The notes beneath the pieces were generated by a model. The model made no database searches. It saw nothing but the letters and a program-made list of their open reading frames with translations, and was not told the origin of the DNA. Position numbers and translations under genes: made by a program. From assembly GCA_963677595.1 (NCBI GenBank), contig OY782041.1:3808001-3872000 (forward strand): 64,000 nt of DNA, written 5' to 3'. Positions 1 to 9,805 of the stretch are shown piece by piece. The stretch comes from Spirochaetia bacterium (GTDB taxonomy: Bacteria > Spirochaetota > Spirochaetia > CAKZLE01). Positions within the stretch are counted from its first letter, which is position 1, and each line of letters starts with the position of its first letter.

Positions 1-13
1 ACAGCTGGCATAG

Positions 14-1045
14 ATGGAAGAACGATTAGTCACCAACAAAGAACGGTATGAGGATATCTCGATGTCTGACGACCTGATCAGGCCGAAGATGCTCAAGGAC
101 TTCCAGGGCCAGCAGGAGATCAAGGAGAACCTCTCCATCTTCATCACGGCTGCCAGGGAACGGGGCGAGTCGCTCGACCACGTCTTCATCAGCGGCCCTC
201 CCGGGCTGGGGAAGACCACGCTGGCCTCGATCATCGCCAATGAGATGGAGGCGGAGATCAAGATGACCTCCGCCCCTGCACTCGAGAAGCCGAAGGACCT
301 AGCCGGCATCCTCACCACGATCAAGGAGGGGTCCATCTTCTTCATCGACGAGATACACCGGCTCAGGCCGGTGCTCGAGGAGATGCTCTACATCGCGATG
401 GAAGACTTCGAGATCGACTGGGTCATCGGGCAGGGACCCGCTGCCAGGACGATCCGCGTCCCGATTCCACAGTTCACCATGATCGGTGCGACGACGAAGG
501 CGGGCAAGGTAGCAGCCCCGCTCTATACCAGGTTCGGCATCACCACGAGGATCGGCTTCTACAGCGACGAGGAGCTTGAACGGATCGTGCACCGCACGGC
601 CAGGATCATAGGGGCCTCGATCGATGACGATGCGGTCATCGTGCTGGCCCGCTGCTCTAGGGGGACCCCCCGAATCGCAAACAGGCTCCTCAAGAGACTG
701 CGAGACTTCGCGTCGGTCCTCGGCGACGGGACCATCACGAAAGATATTGTGCTCGAGGGACTGACTAGGCTCGGCATCGACGACGAAGGACTCGATGAAC
801 TCGACCGGAGGATCCTCGAGACGATCATCGACTACTACCAGGGAGGCCCGGTAGGGGCTGAGACCCTCGCGATATCGGTCGGGGAGGCCATAGAGTCCCT
901 CGAGGATTTCTATGAGCCCTACCTCATACAGAAGGGGTATATAAAGAGGACCCCAAGAGGTCGGGTCGTCACCCAGAAAGCGTATGACCTGCTGAAGAGA
1001 CAGAACACGAGGACTGACGATGAGAACCAAAGACTTCTATTTTGA
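14..1045 (+). CDS. ruvB: Holliday junction branch migration helicase RuvB
   Basis: Walker [56 protein letters not shown] motifs. Confidence 0.98.
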   Translation: MEERLVTNKERYEDISMSDDLIRPKMLKDFQGQQEIKENLSIFITAARERGESLDHVFISGPPGLGKTTLASIIANEMEAEIKMTSAPALEKPKDLAGILTTIKEGSIFFIDEIHRLRPVLEEMLYIAMEDFEIDWVIGQGPAARTIRVPIPQFTMIGATTKAGKVAAPLYTRFGITTRIGFYSDEELERIVHRTARIIGASIDDDAVIVLARCSRGTPRIANRLLKRLRDFASVLGDGTITKDIVLEGLTRLGIDDEGLDELDRRILETIIDYYQGGPVGAETLAISVGEAIESLEDFYEPYLIQKGYIKRTPRGRVVTQKAYDLLKRQNTRTDDENQRLLF

Positions 1046-2042
1046 CCTGCCCGAGGAGCTGATCGCCCAGTACCCGACCGACCGGAGGGGCCGGAGCCGG
1101 CTGATGGTCCTCGACCGGGAGAGCGGGGAAGTGACCCACTCATCGATTGACCACATCGTCGACTTCATCCCTGAGAATGCGCTCATGATCGTCAATGACT
1201 CGAAGGTCCGAAAAGCCAGGGTCTTCGCACAGACGGAGTTCTCGGGTCAGGTGGAGTTCCTCTTTCTCGAGCAGCATGACGAGCTGACCTGGGAGGTGAT
1301 GGTCACCAAGTCCAAGCGCCAGAAGAAGGGGAGGGTCTACACCTTCGCTGACGGCACGAAGGCCCTGATGGTCGATGACCTCGACGGGACGCGTATCATT
1401 CGGACCGACAGGCCCATCGATGAGTCGTTCTTCGAGAACCTCGGTCATATACCGCTGCCGCCCTATATAAAACGGGAGGACGAGTTCTCCGATTCATCAC
1501 GCTACCAGACGGTCTATGCCGAGAAGATCGGTTCCGTGGCCGCACCCACTGCAGGCCTCCATTTCACCGATGAACTGCTCGATGCCCTCCGTGAGAAGGG
1601 TGTCAGGATCGAGACGGTCACGCTCCATGTCGGGCTCGGGACCTTCCTCCCCATCCGTGCTGATGAGATCGAGCACCACAGCATGCACAGCGAGACCTAC
1701 GATATAAGCGAAGAGACAGCACAGCTGATCAATGAGTACAAACATGCAGGGAAGCCGGTCATCGCGGTGGGCACGACCTCGGTGCGTACGCTCGAATCCG
1801 CATATGATGAGAAGGTTGGGGGAGTCGTCCCCGGCAGGTGCTCCACCGATATCTTCATCACCCCCGGCTACGAGTTCAAGGTCGTCGAGGGCCTGGTCAC
1901 GAACTTCCACACACCTGAGTCCACGCTCCTGATCCTGGTAAGTGCCCTTGCAGGCAGGGAGAAGATATTCCATGCCTATGAGGAGGCGATTCGGGAACGC
2001 TACCGTTTCTACTCCTATGGGGACGCGATGTTCATCCGTTAA
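1020..2042 (+). CDS. queA: S-adenosylmethionine:tRNA ribosyltransferase-isomerase
   Basis: [63 protein letters not shown] motifs; overlaps the ruvB 3' end. Confidence 0.98.
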   Translation: MRTKDFYFDLPEELIAQYPTDRRGRSRLMVLDRESGEVTHSSIDHIVDFIPENALMIVNDSKVRKARVFAQTEFSGQVEFLFLEQHDELTWEVMVTKSKRQKKGRVYTFADGTKALMVDDLDGTRIIRTDRPIDESFFENLGHIPLPPYIKREDEFSDSSRYQTVYAEKIGSVAAPTAGLHFTDELLDALREKGVRIETVTLHVGLGTFLPIRADEIEHHSMHSETYDISEETAQLINEYKHAGKPVIAVGTTSVRTLESAYDEKVGGVVPGRCSTDIFITPGYEFKVVEGLVTNFHTPESTLLILVSALAGREKIFHAYEEAIRERYRFYSYGDAMFIR

Positions 2043-2647
2043 GCATTGGTGAACAGCTTCATGATCTCAGAATGTATCTCCTCGATCGTTTTCGTGCCGT
2101 CAACGATGAGGAGGTTCAATTCCTTCGGGTAGGCTGAGAGGGCCTTCCGGTAGTTCTCATAGACCTGTTCCTGAAACTGCTCATACTCGAAGATATCGCG
2201 TGAGGAGCGGTTCTCTGCTATCCGCTTCATGCAGTGCTCCACCGGTGTGTCGATATAGATGAGGTATTCTGGCATCGGGAAGCGGCAGTTGAGTTCCGCG
2301 ACCTCCTCATAGGGGGAGCCGATCGACTGGTATGCCTCTGATGAGAAGAGGTACCTGTCCGAGATGACATAATCGAGGGTCGTAAGCTTCTCGATGATGC
2401 CTCCTTCACCATAGAGGTGGTCATCCCGGTCCGCGGCATAGAGCATGGCCAGAGCCTTCGGGGTGATCCGCTCCTCGCCGGCGAGGACCTTCCTGACCAG
2501 TCTCCCGATCGCGTGGTCCGTGGGTTCACAGGTCTGGTCGACTGCATGTCCCGTATCAGCGAGTGACTTGCAGAGCAGCCTTGCCTGTGTGGTCGTGCCG
2601 GCACCGTCGAGTCCTTCGAACACGATGAAACCTGTTAGTGTATCCAT
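2039..2647 (-). CDS. tmk: thymidylate (dTMP) kinase
   Basis: FIVFEGLDGAGTTTQ P-loop, TCEPT, ISDRYLFSSEAYQ; convergent with queA, the two stop codons share TTAA at 2039-2042. Confidence 0.93.
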   Translation of the reverse strand: MDTLTGFIVFEGLDGAGTTTQARLLCKSLADTGHAVDQTCEPTDHAIGRLVRKVLAGEERITPKALAMLYAADRDDHLYGEGGIIEKLTTLDYVISDRYLFSSEAYQSIGSPYEEVAELNCRFPMPEYLIYIDTPVEHCMKRIAENRSSRDIFEYEQFQEQVYENYRKALSAYPKELNLLIVDGTKTIEEIHSEIMKLFTNA

Positions 2648-2710
2648 AGCTTATGTTATACCGGATTATCATCGTTTATGCCATCGGTCGATCATCTTTT
2701 TTCATCTGTG

Positions 2711-2725
2711 TGATAACGATTATCA
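2711..2725. promoter_or_regulatory. Fur-family-like 7-1-7 inverted repeat
   Basis: TGATAAC-G-ATTATCA differs by one base from the Fur 7-1-7 consensus TGATAAT-N-ATTATCA; lies in the tmk/rnfC divergent intergenic region. Confidence 0.55.
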
Positions 2726-2759
2726 GGTGGGTTCCACGATGTGACGGAGTCTCCCTTTA

Positions 2760-2777
2760 ATGTACAACTTTTCACAT
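2760..2777. promoter_or_regulatory. possible Rex/CRP-type operator
   Basis: ATGTACA-ACTT-TTCACAT versus Rex TTGTGAA-N4-TTCACAA (right half 6/7, left half 4/7); about 20 nt upstream of the rnf -35. Confidence 0.35.
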
Positions 2778-2796
2778 ATACAATTTCCCTTCCCCG

Positions 2797-2825
2797 TTTA
2801 CATAACATAGCGCAATGCGTATAAT
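2797..2825 (+). promoter_or_regulatory. sigma70-type promoter of the rnf operon
   Basis: TTTACA (2797-2802), 17-nt spacer, TATAAT (2820-2825); SD AAGGAG upstream of ATG 2860. Confidence 0.75.
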
Positions 2826-2859
2826 AACCTGACGTAATCACGAAAGGAGTTATAAACAC

Positions 2860-4176
2860 ATGCGGAAAATCAGCACGTTCTCAAAGGGCGGTGTGCATCC
2901 AGCGGACCGTAAAGAGTTGACATGTACTAAAGAGATCGTACGACTTCCGATACCTCAGACCATAACTGTCCCGTTCTCCCAGCACCTGGGGGTCCCGGCA
3001 AATCCGGTGATCGCGAAGGGTGACACTGTCACCCTCGGCCAGAAGATCGGAGAGGCTGCAGGGTTCATATCAGCTGACATTCACTCACCGGCTGCAGGCA
3101 AGGTGCTTAACATCACTGAGCTCTTCCTGCCGAACGGCATGAAATCGAAGGCTGCGGTCATCGAAGTAGCTGCTGAAGAGCAGTCACCCGAGATCGTACC
3201 GGCTGACTGGCGTTCGATGGAGCCAAGTGAGATGGTAGCGAAGGTAAAGGAACTCGGTATCGTCGGGATGGGAGGGGCGACCTTCCCCGCGAACGTGAAG
3301 TTCACCGTTCCCAAGGGCAAGAAGGCTGAGTATCTGGTCATAAACGGGGTAGAGTGCGAGCCGTATCTCACATCTGACCACCGGATCATGCTCGAACGCG
3401 GCGACAAGCTGCTGCAGGGTGCGATGATCATCGCGAAGATGGTCTCAGCCGAGCATATCATCATCGGTATCGAGAAGAACAAGCCCGATGCTATGGCCAA
3501 TCTCGAGAGGCTCATCGAGCAGAATTCCTATCCAATTGAGATCCAGCCGCTGAAGCTCAAGTACCCACAGGGTGATGAGAAGCAGCTGCTCAAGGCTGCG
3601 ATCGGGAGGGAAGTCCCCTCTGGAGCGCTACCCATCGATATCGGGGCGGTCGTGAGCAATGTCGGTACGACCTACGCCGTCTACCAGGCCATCGTCGAGG
3701 GCAAGCCCCTCATCGAGCGGGTCGTGACGGTCAGCGGGAATGCCGTGAAGGAGCCTGGGAACTTCCTCGTGACGATCGGTACCCCGATCTCTCAGCTCAT
3801 CGAAGCCTGCGGCGGCTTCACTGAGACACCTGAGAAGATGGTAGCCGGCGGTCCCATGATGGGATTCGGTTTCTATGACCTCGCCACCCCGGTGATGAAG
3901 GGAACCTCCGGTGTCCTCGCACTCACGAAGGCTGAGGCCTTCAAGAGCGAGCAGACCGCCTGCATCTCCTGCGGGAGATGTGTCGAGGCATGCCCCATGG
4001 GACTGCAGCCGACGAAACTCTATAAGAACATATCCAAGGCCAATTATGACACGGCTATGGGCATGAGCCTGCTCGACTGCAAGGAGTGCGGCTGCTGCGC
4101 GTTCATCTGCCCAGCAAAGCTGCCTCTGGTCCAGGCGATGAGATTAGGGAAACGAATGTCGAGGAAGAAAAAATAA
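2860..4176 (+). CDS. rnfC: Rnf electron transport complex subunit C
   Basis: GIVGMGGATFP, INGVECEPYLTSD, YPQGDEKQL, GGPMMG, two 4Fe-4S motifs (CISCGRCVEACP, CKECGCCAFICP). Confidence 0.97.
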   Translation: MRKISTFSKGGVHPADRKELTCTKEIVRLPIPQTITVPFSQHLGVPANPVIAKGDTVTLGQKIGEAAGFISADIHSPAAGKVLNITELFLPNGMKSKAAVIEVAAEEQSPEIVPADWRSMEPSEMVAKVKELGIVGMGGATFPANVKFTVPKGKKAEYLVINGVECEPYLTSDHRIMLERGDKLLQGAMIIAKMVSAEHIIIGIEKNKPDAMANLERLIEQNSYPIEIQPLKLKYPQGDEKQLLKAAIGREVPSGALPIDIGAVVSNVGTTYAVYQAIVEGKPLIERVVTVSGNAVKEPGNFLVTIGTPISQLIEACGGFTETPEKMVAGGPMMGFGFYDLATPVMKGTSGVLALTKAEAFKSEQTACISCGRCVEACPMGLQPTKLYKNISKANYDTAMGMSLLDCKECGCCAFICPAKLPLVQAMRLGKRMSRKKK

Positions 4177-5273
4177 TGATAGAAGATTTGACAAACTTAC
4201 GCATTGAGAGTTCACCGCAGATACGTCACCATGATACGACTTCGAAGATCATGTGGGCTGTCATCATCGCACTGCTCCCGAGCGGGATCTGGGGTGTGAT
4301 CAATTTCGGGTGGTATTCCCTGCTGGTCATCGCGATCTCGCTCGCCACGGCGGCAGGGATCGAGTACCTGTTCATCAGGACGTTTCATAAAGGCAGCCTC
4401 TTGGACGGCAGCGCCCTGCTCACGGGACTGCTCGTAGCCTACAACATGCCTCCTCATGTCGTCCTCTACGTCCCGGTCATCGCGACGGCCTTTGCCATCG
4501 CGGTGGTGAAGTGGAGTTTCGGCGGCCTGGGGGCTAACTGGATCAACCCGGCACTGGCAGGGAGGGCCTTCGTCTTCTTTTCCTGGACGGGTTCCATGAC
4601 CAGCTGGAGTGCTCCGCGGAGCTGGCAGGCAGTGGATTCCGTATCGGGAGCCACGATGCTCTCATCGGTCAAGACCGGCCTCATGGACTTAAGCGGTTCA
4701 GTGGCTGGTTCTTCGCAGGTGCTTGCCGACGGGGGGTACGCGGTATCGAATGCCGCTGCAGCCGTCACCGGCTGGTTCCAGAACAGCCTCGGCTGGTCCG
4801 TGTCGCCCTACAACATCGACCTGTTCCTCGGTAATGTCTCGGGCTGTATCGGTGAGGTGTCAGCACTGCTGCTCATCATCGGGGCGATCTACCTCCTGAA
4901 GCGGAAGATCATCACCTGGTACATCCCCGTCTCCTATATCGGGGTATTCACCCTGCTTATCTGGATCTTCGGCGGCCTTCGGTACAACAGCGGGTTCTTC
5001 TCCGGGGATGTCTGGTTCCACCTCTTCAGTGGAGGCCTGATGCTCGGTGCCCTCTTCATGGCCACCGACATGGTCACCAGCCCGACCACACCGAAGGGTA
5101 TGATCATATTCGGTGCGGGAGCAGGGTTCCTCACCTTCCTCTTCAGGATCTACGGGTCCCTCCCTGAAGGTGTATCACTCGCGATCATCCTCATGAACAT
5201 CTTCGTCCCCATGATCGACCGGTACATCGTGCCGAAGAAGTTCGGTTCCAAGAAAGAGAGAGGTGCAGCATGA
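4176..5273 (+). CDS. rnfD: Rnf complex subunit D
   Basis: SSPQIR, FGGLGANWINPALAGRAF, flavinylation motif DSVSGAT, GCIGEVS, FMATDMVTSP; start set at ATG 4176 (TAATG overlap with the rnfC stop) rather than the ORF-track 4086. Confidence 0.96.
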   Translation: MIEDLTNLRIESSPQIRHHDTTSKIMWAVIIALLPSGIWGVINFGWYSLLVIAISLATAAGIEYLFIRTFHKGSLLDGSALLTGLLVAYNMPPHVVLYVPVIATAFAIAVVKWSFGGLGANWINPALAGRAFVFFSWTGSMTSWSAPRSWQAVDSVSGATMLSSVKTGLMDLSGSVAGSSQVLADGGYAVSNAAAAVTGWFQNSLGWSVSPYNIDLFLGNVSGCIGEVSALLLIIGAIYLLKRKIITWYIPVSYIGVFTLLIWIFGGLRYNSGFFSGDVWFHLFSGGLMLGALFMATDMVTSPTTPKGMIIFGAGAGFLTFLFRIYGSLPEGVSLAIILMNIFVPMIDRYIVPKKFGSKKERGAA

Positions 5274-5824
5274 AAGATATGATCAAGATCAGTTCTCGTC
5301 TGGGAATCATCTGTGCGGTAGCCGCGGTGGTGCTGGCGCTGGTCAATTCCATCACGGCGCCTGAGATCGCAGCCTACCAGGAGCGTGTGGTCGCACAGGC
5401 CCTTGAACAGGTGTCTACCGGCTATGAGGTCGGGGAGACCCTCGTTTCAGATAAGGACGGGATCTCGTCAGTCACGGAACTCCTGAAAAGCGGTTCTGCT
5501 GCCGGGTATGTCATGAACATCACGACGAGCGGCTACGGCGGCCCGATGGACCTCCTTGCGAGCTTCACCGCCGACGGTGAGGTCATCGCCGCGAAGCTGC
5601 TGACCAATGCCGAGACCCCGGGTTTGGGCAAGAAGGCCGAGTCGGATGAGTACATGGAGAAGTTTGTCGGGACGGGAGGTTCATCAGCCGTTCCGCAGCG
5701 CAAGAGCGACCTTCCTGAGGCGCAGGCTGACAGCGTGAGCGGTGCTACCATCACCTTCAGCGGCGTAGCGAAGGGACTCGCCCTTGGAAGCGAATATGCT
5801 GTTGAGCTTGGAGGTGCGAACTGA
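5270..5824 (+). CDS. rnfG: Rnf complex subunit G
   Basis: N-terminal TM anchor, GYGG, ETPGLG, FMN attachment motif DSVSGATITF. Confidence 0.95.
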   Translation: MKDMIKISSRLGIICAVAAVVLALVNSITAPEIAAYQERVVAQALEQVSTGYEVGETLVSDKDGISSVTELLKSGSAAGYVMNITTSGYGGPMDLLASFTADGEVIAAKLLTNAETPGLGKKAESDEYMEKFVGTGGSSAVPQRKSDLPEAQADSVSGATITFSGVAKGLALGSEYAVELGGAN

Positions 5825-6441
5825 TGATGAAAGAGTTTACCAAGGGTATCTTCAAGGAGAACCCTATATTCGTGATACTGCTCGGGCTCTGTCCGACGCT
5901 CGGTGTATCGACACAGGTCATCAATGCCCTCGGGATGGGCGCAGGCGTCATCTTCGTCTTGACCTTCTCGAACATCTTCGTCTCGCTGCTGAAGGATTTC
6001 ATCCCGGCCAAGGTGAGGATTCCATCCTATATCGTCATCATCGCCTCCTTCGTCACGATCGTCGAGATGGTGATGCATGCCTATATGCCGTCCCTCTTCG
6101 AGAGCCTCGGGGTGTTCGTGCCGCTCATCGTCGTGAACTGCATCATCCTCGGACGTGCCGAGGGGTTCGCGAACCAGAACGGCGTCGGGGCCTCGATCCT
6201 CGATGCACTGGGGATGGGTATCGGGTTCACACTCAGCCTCATCCTCATCTCCCTGATCAGGGAGGTCCTCGGTGCCGGGACGATCACGCTCTTCTCCTTC
6301 GGGAGCTTCGACGGCGTGATCGAGATCCCGCTCCTCTATACAGCCCCGATGAGGATCATCAGCCTCTCAGCTGGTGCATTATTGGTCATGGGATACCTGA
6401 AGGCCTTCTTCAACTGGTATTCTGCAAGGAACAGGGGGTAG
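5824..6441 (+). CDS. rnfE: Rnf complex subunit E
   Basis: ENPIFVILLGLCPTL, VRIPSYIVIIASFVT, PLIVVNCIILGRAE. Confidence 0.97.
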   Translation: MMKEFTKGIFKENPIFVILLGLCPTLGVSTQVINALGMGAGVIFVLTFSNIFVSLLKDFIPAKVRIPSYIVIIASFVTIVEMVMHAYMPSLFESLGVFVPLIVVNCIILGRAEGFANQNGVGASILDALGMGIGFTLSLILISLIREVLGAGTITLFSFGSFDGVIEIPLLYTAPMRIISLSAGALLVMGYLKAFFNWYSARNRG

Positions 6442-6447
6442 GGTAAC

Positions 6448-7038
6448 ATGACATATCTTGCAATACTCATAACATTCGTATTCATAAACAACTTCATCCT
6501 GACGCAGTTCCTCGGCCTCTGCCCCTTCATCGGGGTCTCGAAGAACACCGAGTCAGCCATCGGGATGGGCTTCGCCGTGACCTTCGTCATGGCTATCGCC
6601 TCAGCCGTCACCTGGCTGGTCTATTACAAGGTCCTCATACCGCTCGGCCTCGGTTACCTGCAGACGATCACCTTCATCCTCGTCATCGCATCCCTGGTAC
6701 AGCTCGTCGAGATGGTCGTGCAGAAGATATCACCGCCCCTCTACAAGGCGCTGGGGATCTTCCTCCCGCTGATCACCACCAACTGTGCGGTACTCGGTAT
6801 CGCGCTGATCAACGTGACGAACTCCTACAACCTGCTCGAGAGCTTCGTGGCCGGTATCGCTGCAGGGCTCGGGTTCCTCCTCGCGATCGTGCTCATGGCT
6901 AATATCAGGGAGCGGCTCGAACTCGAGAATGTGCCGAAACCCCTCCAGGGTGTACCGGTCGCATTCATATCAGGCGGGCTCATGGCATTGGCGTTCATGG
7001 CATTCGACAAGGCACTGCTCACCAATTTATTAGGATAG
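6448..7038 (+). CDS. rnfA: Rnf complex subunit A
   Basis: NNFILTQFLGLCPFIGVS, LGIFLPLITTNCAVLG. Confidence 0.97.
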   Translation: MTYLAILITFVFINNFILTQFLGLCPFIGVSKNTESAIGMGFAVTFVMAIASAVTWLVYYKVLIPLGLGYLQTITFILVIASLVQLVEMVVQKISPPLYKALGIFLPLITTNCAVLGIALINVTNSYNLLESFVAGIAAGLGFLLAIVLMANIRERLELENVPKPLQGVPVAFISGGLMALAFMAFDKALLTNLLG

Positions 7039-7046
7039 GTACTAAG

Positions 7047-7853
7047 ATGATTTTGAATATTGTTTATGCGTTTCTCACCGTCTCCGTCCTGGGGACCATC
7101 TTCGGGCTCGGCCTTGCCTATGCCTCCAAGCGTCTTGCCATCAAGAAGGATGAGCGGGTCGTAGCCGTGGAGTCAGCACTTCCCGGGGCGAACTGCGGTG
7201 CCTGCGGGTTCGCAGGCTGCGCTGCCTATGCCGACGCGATCGTGACCGAGAGTGCCGAGATCACCATGTGCTCACCCGGCGGGGCTGAGACCCAGAAGGC
7301 GATCGCCGAGATCATGGGGCTCGAGGCTGAAGGCGGATCATCCGAGAAGATGGTCGCACGGGTCCACTGCTACGGGAACAAGGAGACCACGAAATCGGAG
7401 TTCAGCTATGACGGCATCACCGACTGCAATGCAGCGGCTATCATGTTCAGCGGGGACAAGAGCTGCAAGTACGGCTGTCTCGGCCTTGGCAGCTGTATCA
7501 CCGTCTGTCCCGTCGACGCGATCACCAAACGTGCTGACGGCAGGATATTTGTTGACAAAGATATTTGCATAGGATGCGGTAAATGTGTTACTGTATGTCC
7601 TACGGGCGTCATGAAGATGATCCCGTACAGTGCTGATTACTATATAGCATGCAATTCCCAGGATAAGGGCGCTGCTGTCAAGAAGGCGTGCACCGTCGGC
7701 TGTATCGGCTGCAAGATCTGTGAACGCAAGTTCCCGGAAGCCGGTTTCACCGTTACGAACTTCCTCTCTGAGATCGACTATTCGATCGAGCCGAAGGATC
7801 GTGAAGGAGCGGCGGAAGCCTGTCCGACCTCCTGTATAAGGATTGCTGATTAG
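7047..7853 (+). CDS. rnfB: Rnf complex subunit B (polyferredoxin)
   Basis: LPGANCGACGFAGC FeS motif plus several CxxCxxCxxxCP motifs. Confidence 0.96.
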   Translation: MILNIVYAFLTVSVLGTIFGLGLAYASKRLAIKKDERVVAVESALPGANCGACGFAGCAAYADAIVTESAEITMCSPGGAETQKAIAEIMGLEAEGGSSEKMVARVHCYGNKETTKSEFSYDGITDCNAAAIMFSGDKSCKYGCLGLGSCITVCPVDAITKRADGRIFVDKDICIGCGKCVTVCPTGVMKMIPYSADYYIACNSQDKGAAVKKACTVGCIGCKICERKFPEAGFTVTNFLSEIDYSIEPKDREGAAEACPTSCIRIAD

Positions 7854-7875
7854 AATCATAGGATAAAAGGAACAC

Positions 7876-9789
7876 ATGGGGCAGAAGAGGATTATCATAG
7901 GCTTTCAGGACCAGAAGCCGCTTGGAACACAGGTCGAGGATTTTGAGTTCAGTCTCTATTCCTGCTACAAGCCCCTGCTTACCTATCTCTATGCACAGCC
8001 GGAGCTGAAGATAGCGCTCTATCTCTCTGCTTCAGTGTATGAGTGGATGGAGAGCTCCTATCCCGAGATCAACATGCTCATCGCAGACATGGTGAAGCGC
8101 AAGCAGCTCGAGCTGCTCAGCGGCGGGTTCTATGACCCCATCCTCCAGATCATCCCGATGAAGGACCGTACCCAGCAGATAGAGATGACCACCACCTTCA
8201 TCAGGAAGCGCTTCGGGTTCAGGCCCAGGAGCATCTGGATCACCGACCAGGTCTGGAACCCCGTGCTCATCAGCTCGCTGGCCACCTGCGGGATGAAATC
8301 GGTCATACAGCATGATACCCCGGCAGAGAAACGCACAGAGCCCTTCCTCATGCAGGAGATGGGCAATTCCCTCACCATCTATCCGGTCAACCGGCAGCTC
8401 ACCAACGCCCTCATCCACAAGGATGTCGATTTCATCCGCCATGCCCTCTCAACGGGCTCACGGAACATGGACGATGACAGCACGATGACGGTCATGCTCG
8501 ATGTGAACACGGTCATCTCCAACTCCATCATCGGGGACCCGCATACAATCATCGAGCTCTGCAGGATCCTCCAGGAGGTCTGCGAGGAGCTTGGGATCAG
8601 CTTGACGCTTCCCATGAACATCCAGGATGAGCAGCCGGGCCGCAGTGGGTTCCTGCCCTCTGGCTGGTATCGTGAGACCCTGCCGGAAGAGGGGATGCAC
8701 TTCAATGAGATCTTCCTCCGGTACCCGGAGATGCGGCAGATCTACGGCAAGATGCTCTATGTATCGAGGCTCATCCCAGGGATCAAGCGGGAGAAGAGCC
8801 TTAAGAAGATCGCCGGCAAGGAACTGCTCAAGGCACAATCCTTCGGCAGCTACTCCATCTCCCAGAACGGGGGCATCTACCAGAACTACCTCCGGAAGGA
8901 GAACTACCAGCATATGATCGAGGTCGAGAAGCTGACCCGGGAACGGGGCGTCTTCTCGACATCCATCACCTCCTACGATGTCGATATCGACGGGGAGGAC
9001 GAGTTCATCTACCGGGGGAAGAACATCACTGCTGTCTTCGACCGCTACGGGGCCTCGATGATCGAGCTCGACTACCTGGTGAACTCCTGGAACTACCTTG
9101 ATACCTTCGTGGGCAACAGTTCCGAGATCGTGCATGCAACCCTCGAGCACATCCCTGACGGGGTGCTGCAGAAGACCTGCACCGACCTCTTCATCGAGAA
9201 GACCGCTGATGCGGTATCCTATGACAAGTACGGCAACGACCATGTGTTCTCCCTCGAAGATGAGAAGTATGAACTGGAGCGTCTTGTGAAGGACCAGAAG
9301 AACATCTCGTTCCTCATAAAGACACCCATCCCGTTCCAGAAGAACTCAGAGGTGCAGATCAGGAAGACCTATACCTGCCATACGAATACCATACAGCTGG
9401 ACTACACCATCGAGAACCTCTCGAAGGGAAGGCTGAACTGCCTGTTCGCCTCGGAGCTGAACCTCTCCTTCGCCTTTGATTCGGAGGAGATGCTCGAGAT
9501 CGCTTCCCATGAGGTGAACCTGGTCCGTGAGATGAAGCCGGGCGACACGCAACTGAGGAACGTGAAGGTACTGCGCCTGAGGGACCTCCATACGAAGGCT
9601 ATCGTATCGGTCCTGTCAGACAAGCGCTACACGGTCATCCGGGAGTCCTACAACACCACGATCCACAGCCAGATGGGCGAAGAGGATATCTACCAGTATA
9701 CCCGTCTGCTTCCCATCTGGGAGATAGACATGAAACCTGGAGAGAGCTGGGAGACCACGATCTCCATACGAATTGAGAAATTGAAATAA
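7876..9789 (+). CDS. GH57-family alpha-amylase/4-alpha-glucanotransferase-like protein with C-terminal beta-sandwich; catalytic motifs degenerate
   Basis: QLELLSGGFYDPIL, DRTQQI, RFGFRPRSIW, YPEMRQIYGKM, GGIY and DVDIDGEDE resemble GH57 4-alpha-glucanotransferases; the HQP and WLPE motifs are altered. Confidence 0.75.
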   Translation: MGQKRIIIGFQDQKPLGTQVEDFEFSLYSCYKPLLTYLYAQPELKIALYLSASVYEWMESSYPEINMLIADMVKRKQLELLSGGFYDPILQIIPMKDRTQQIEMTTTFIRKRFGFRPRSIWITDQVWNPVLISSLATCGMKSVIQHDTPAEKRTEPFLMQEMGNSLTIYPVNRQLTNALIHKDVDFIRHALSTGSRNMDDDSTMTVMLDVNTVISNSIIGDPHTIIELCRILQEVCEELGISLTLPMNIQDEQPGRSGFLPSGWYRETLPEEGMHFNEIFLRYPEMRQIYGKMLYVSRLIPGIKREKSLKKIAGKELLKAQSFGSYSISQNGGIYQNYLRKENYQHMIEVEKLTRERGVFSTSITSYDVDIDGEDEFIYRGKNITAVFDRYGASMIELDYLVNSWNYLDTFVGNSSEIVHATLEHIPDGVLQKTCTDLFIEKTADAVSYDKYGNDHVFSLEDEKYELERLVKDQKNISFLIKTPIPFQKNSEVQIRKTYTCHTNTIQLDYTIENLSKGRLNCLFASELNLSFAFDSEEMLEIASHEVNLVREMKPGDTQLRNVKVLRLRDLHTKAIVSVLSDKRYTVIRESYNTTIHSQMGEEDIYQYTRLLPIWEIDMKPGESWETTISIRIEKLK

Positions 9790-9805
9790 GAAGGACGGTA
9801 CCCAT

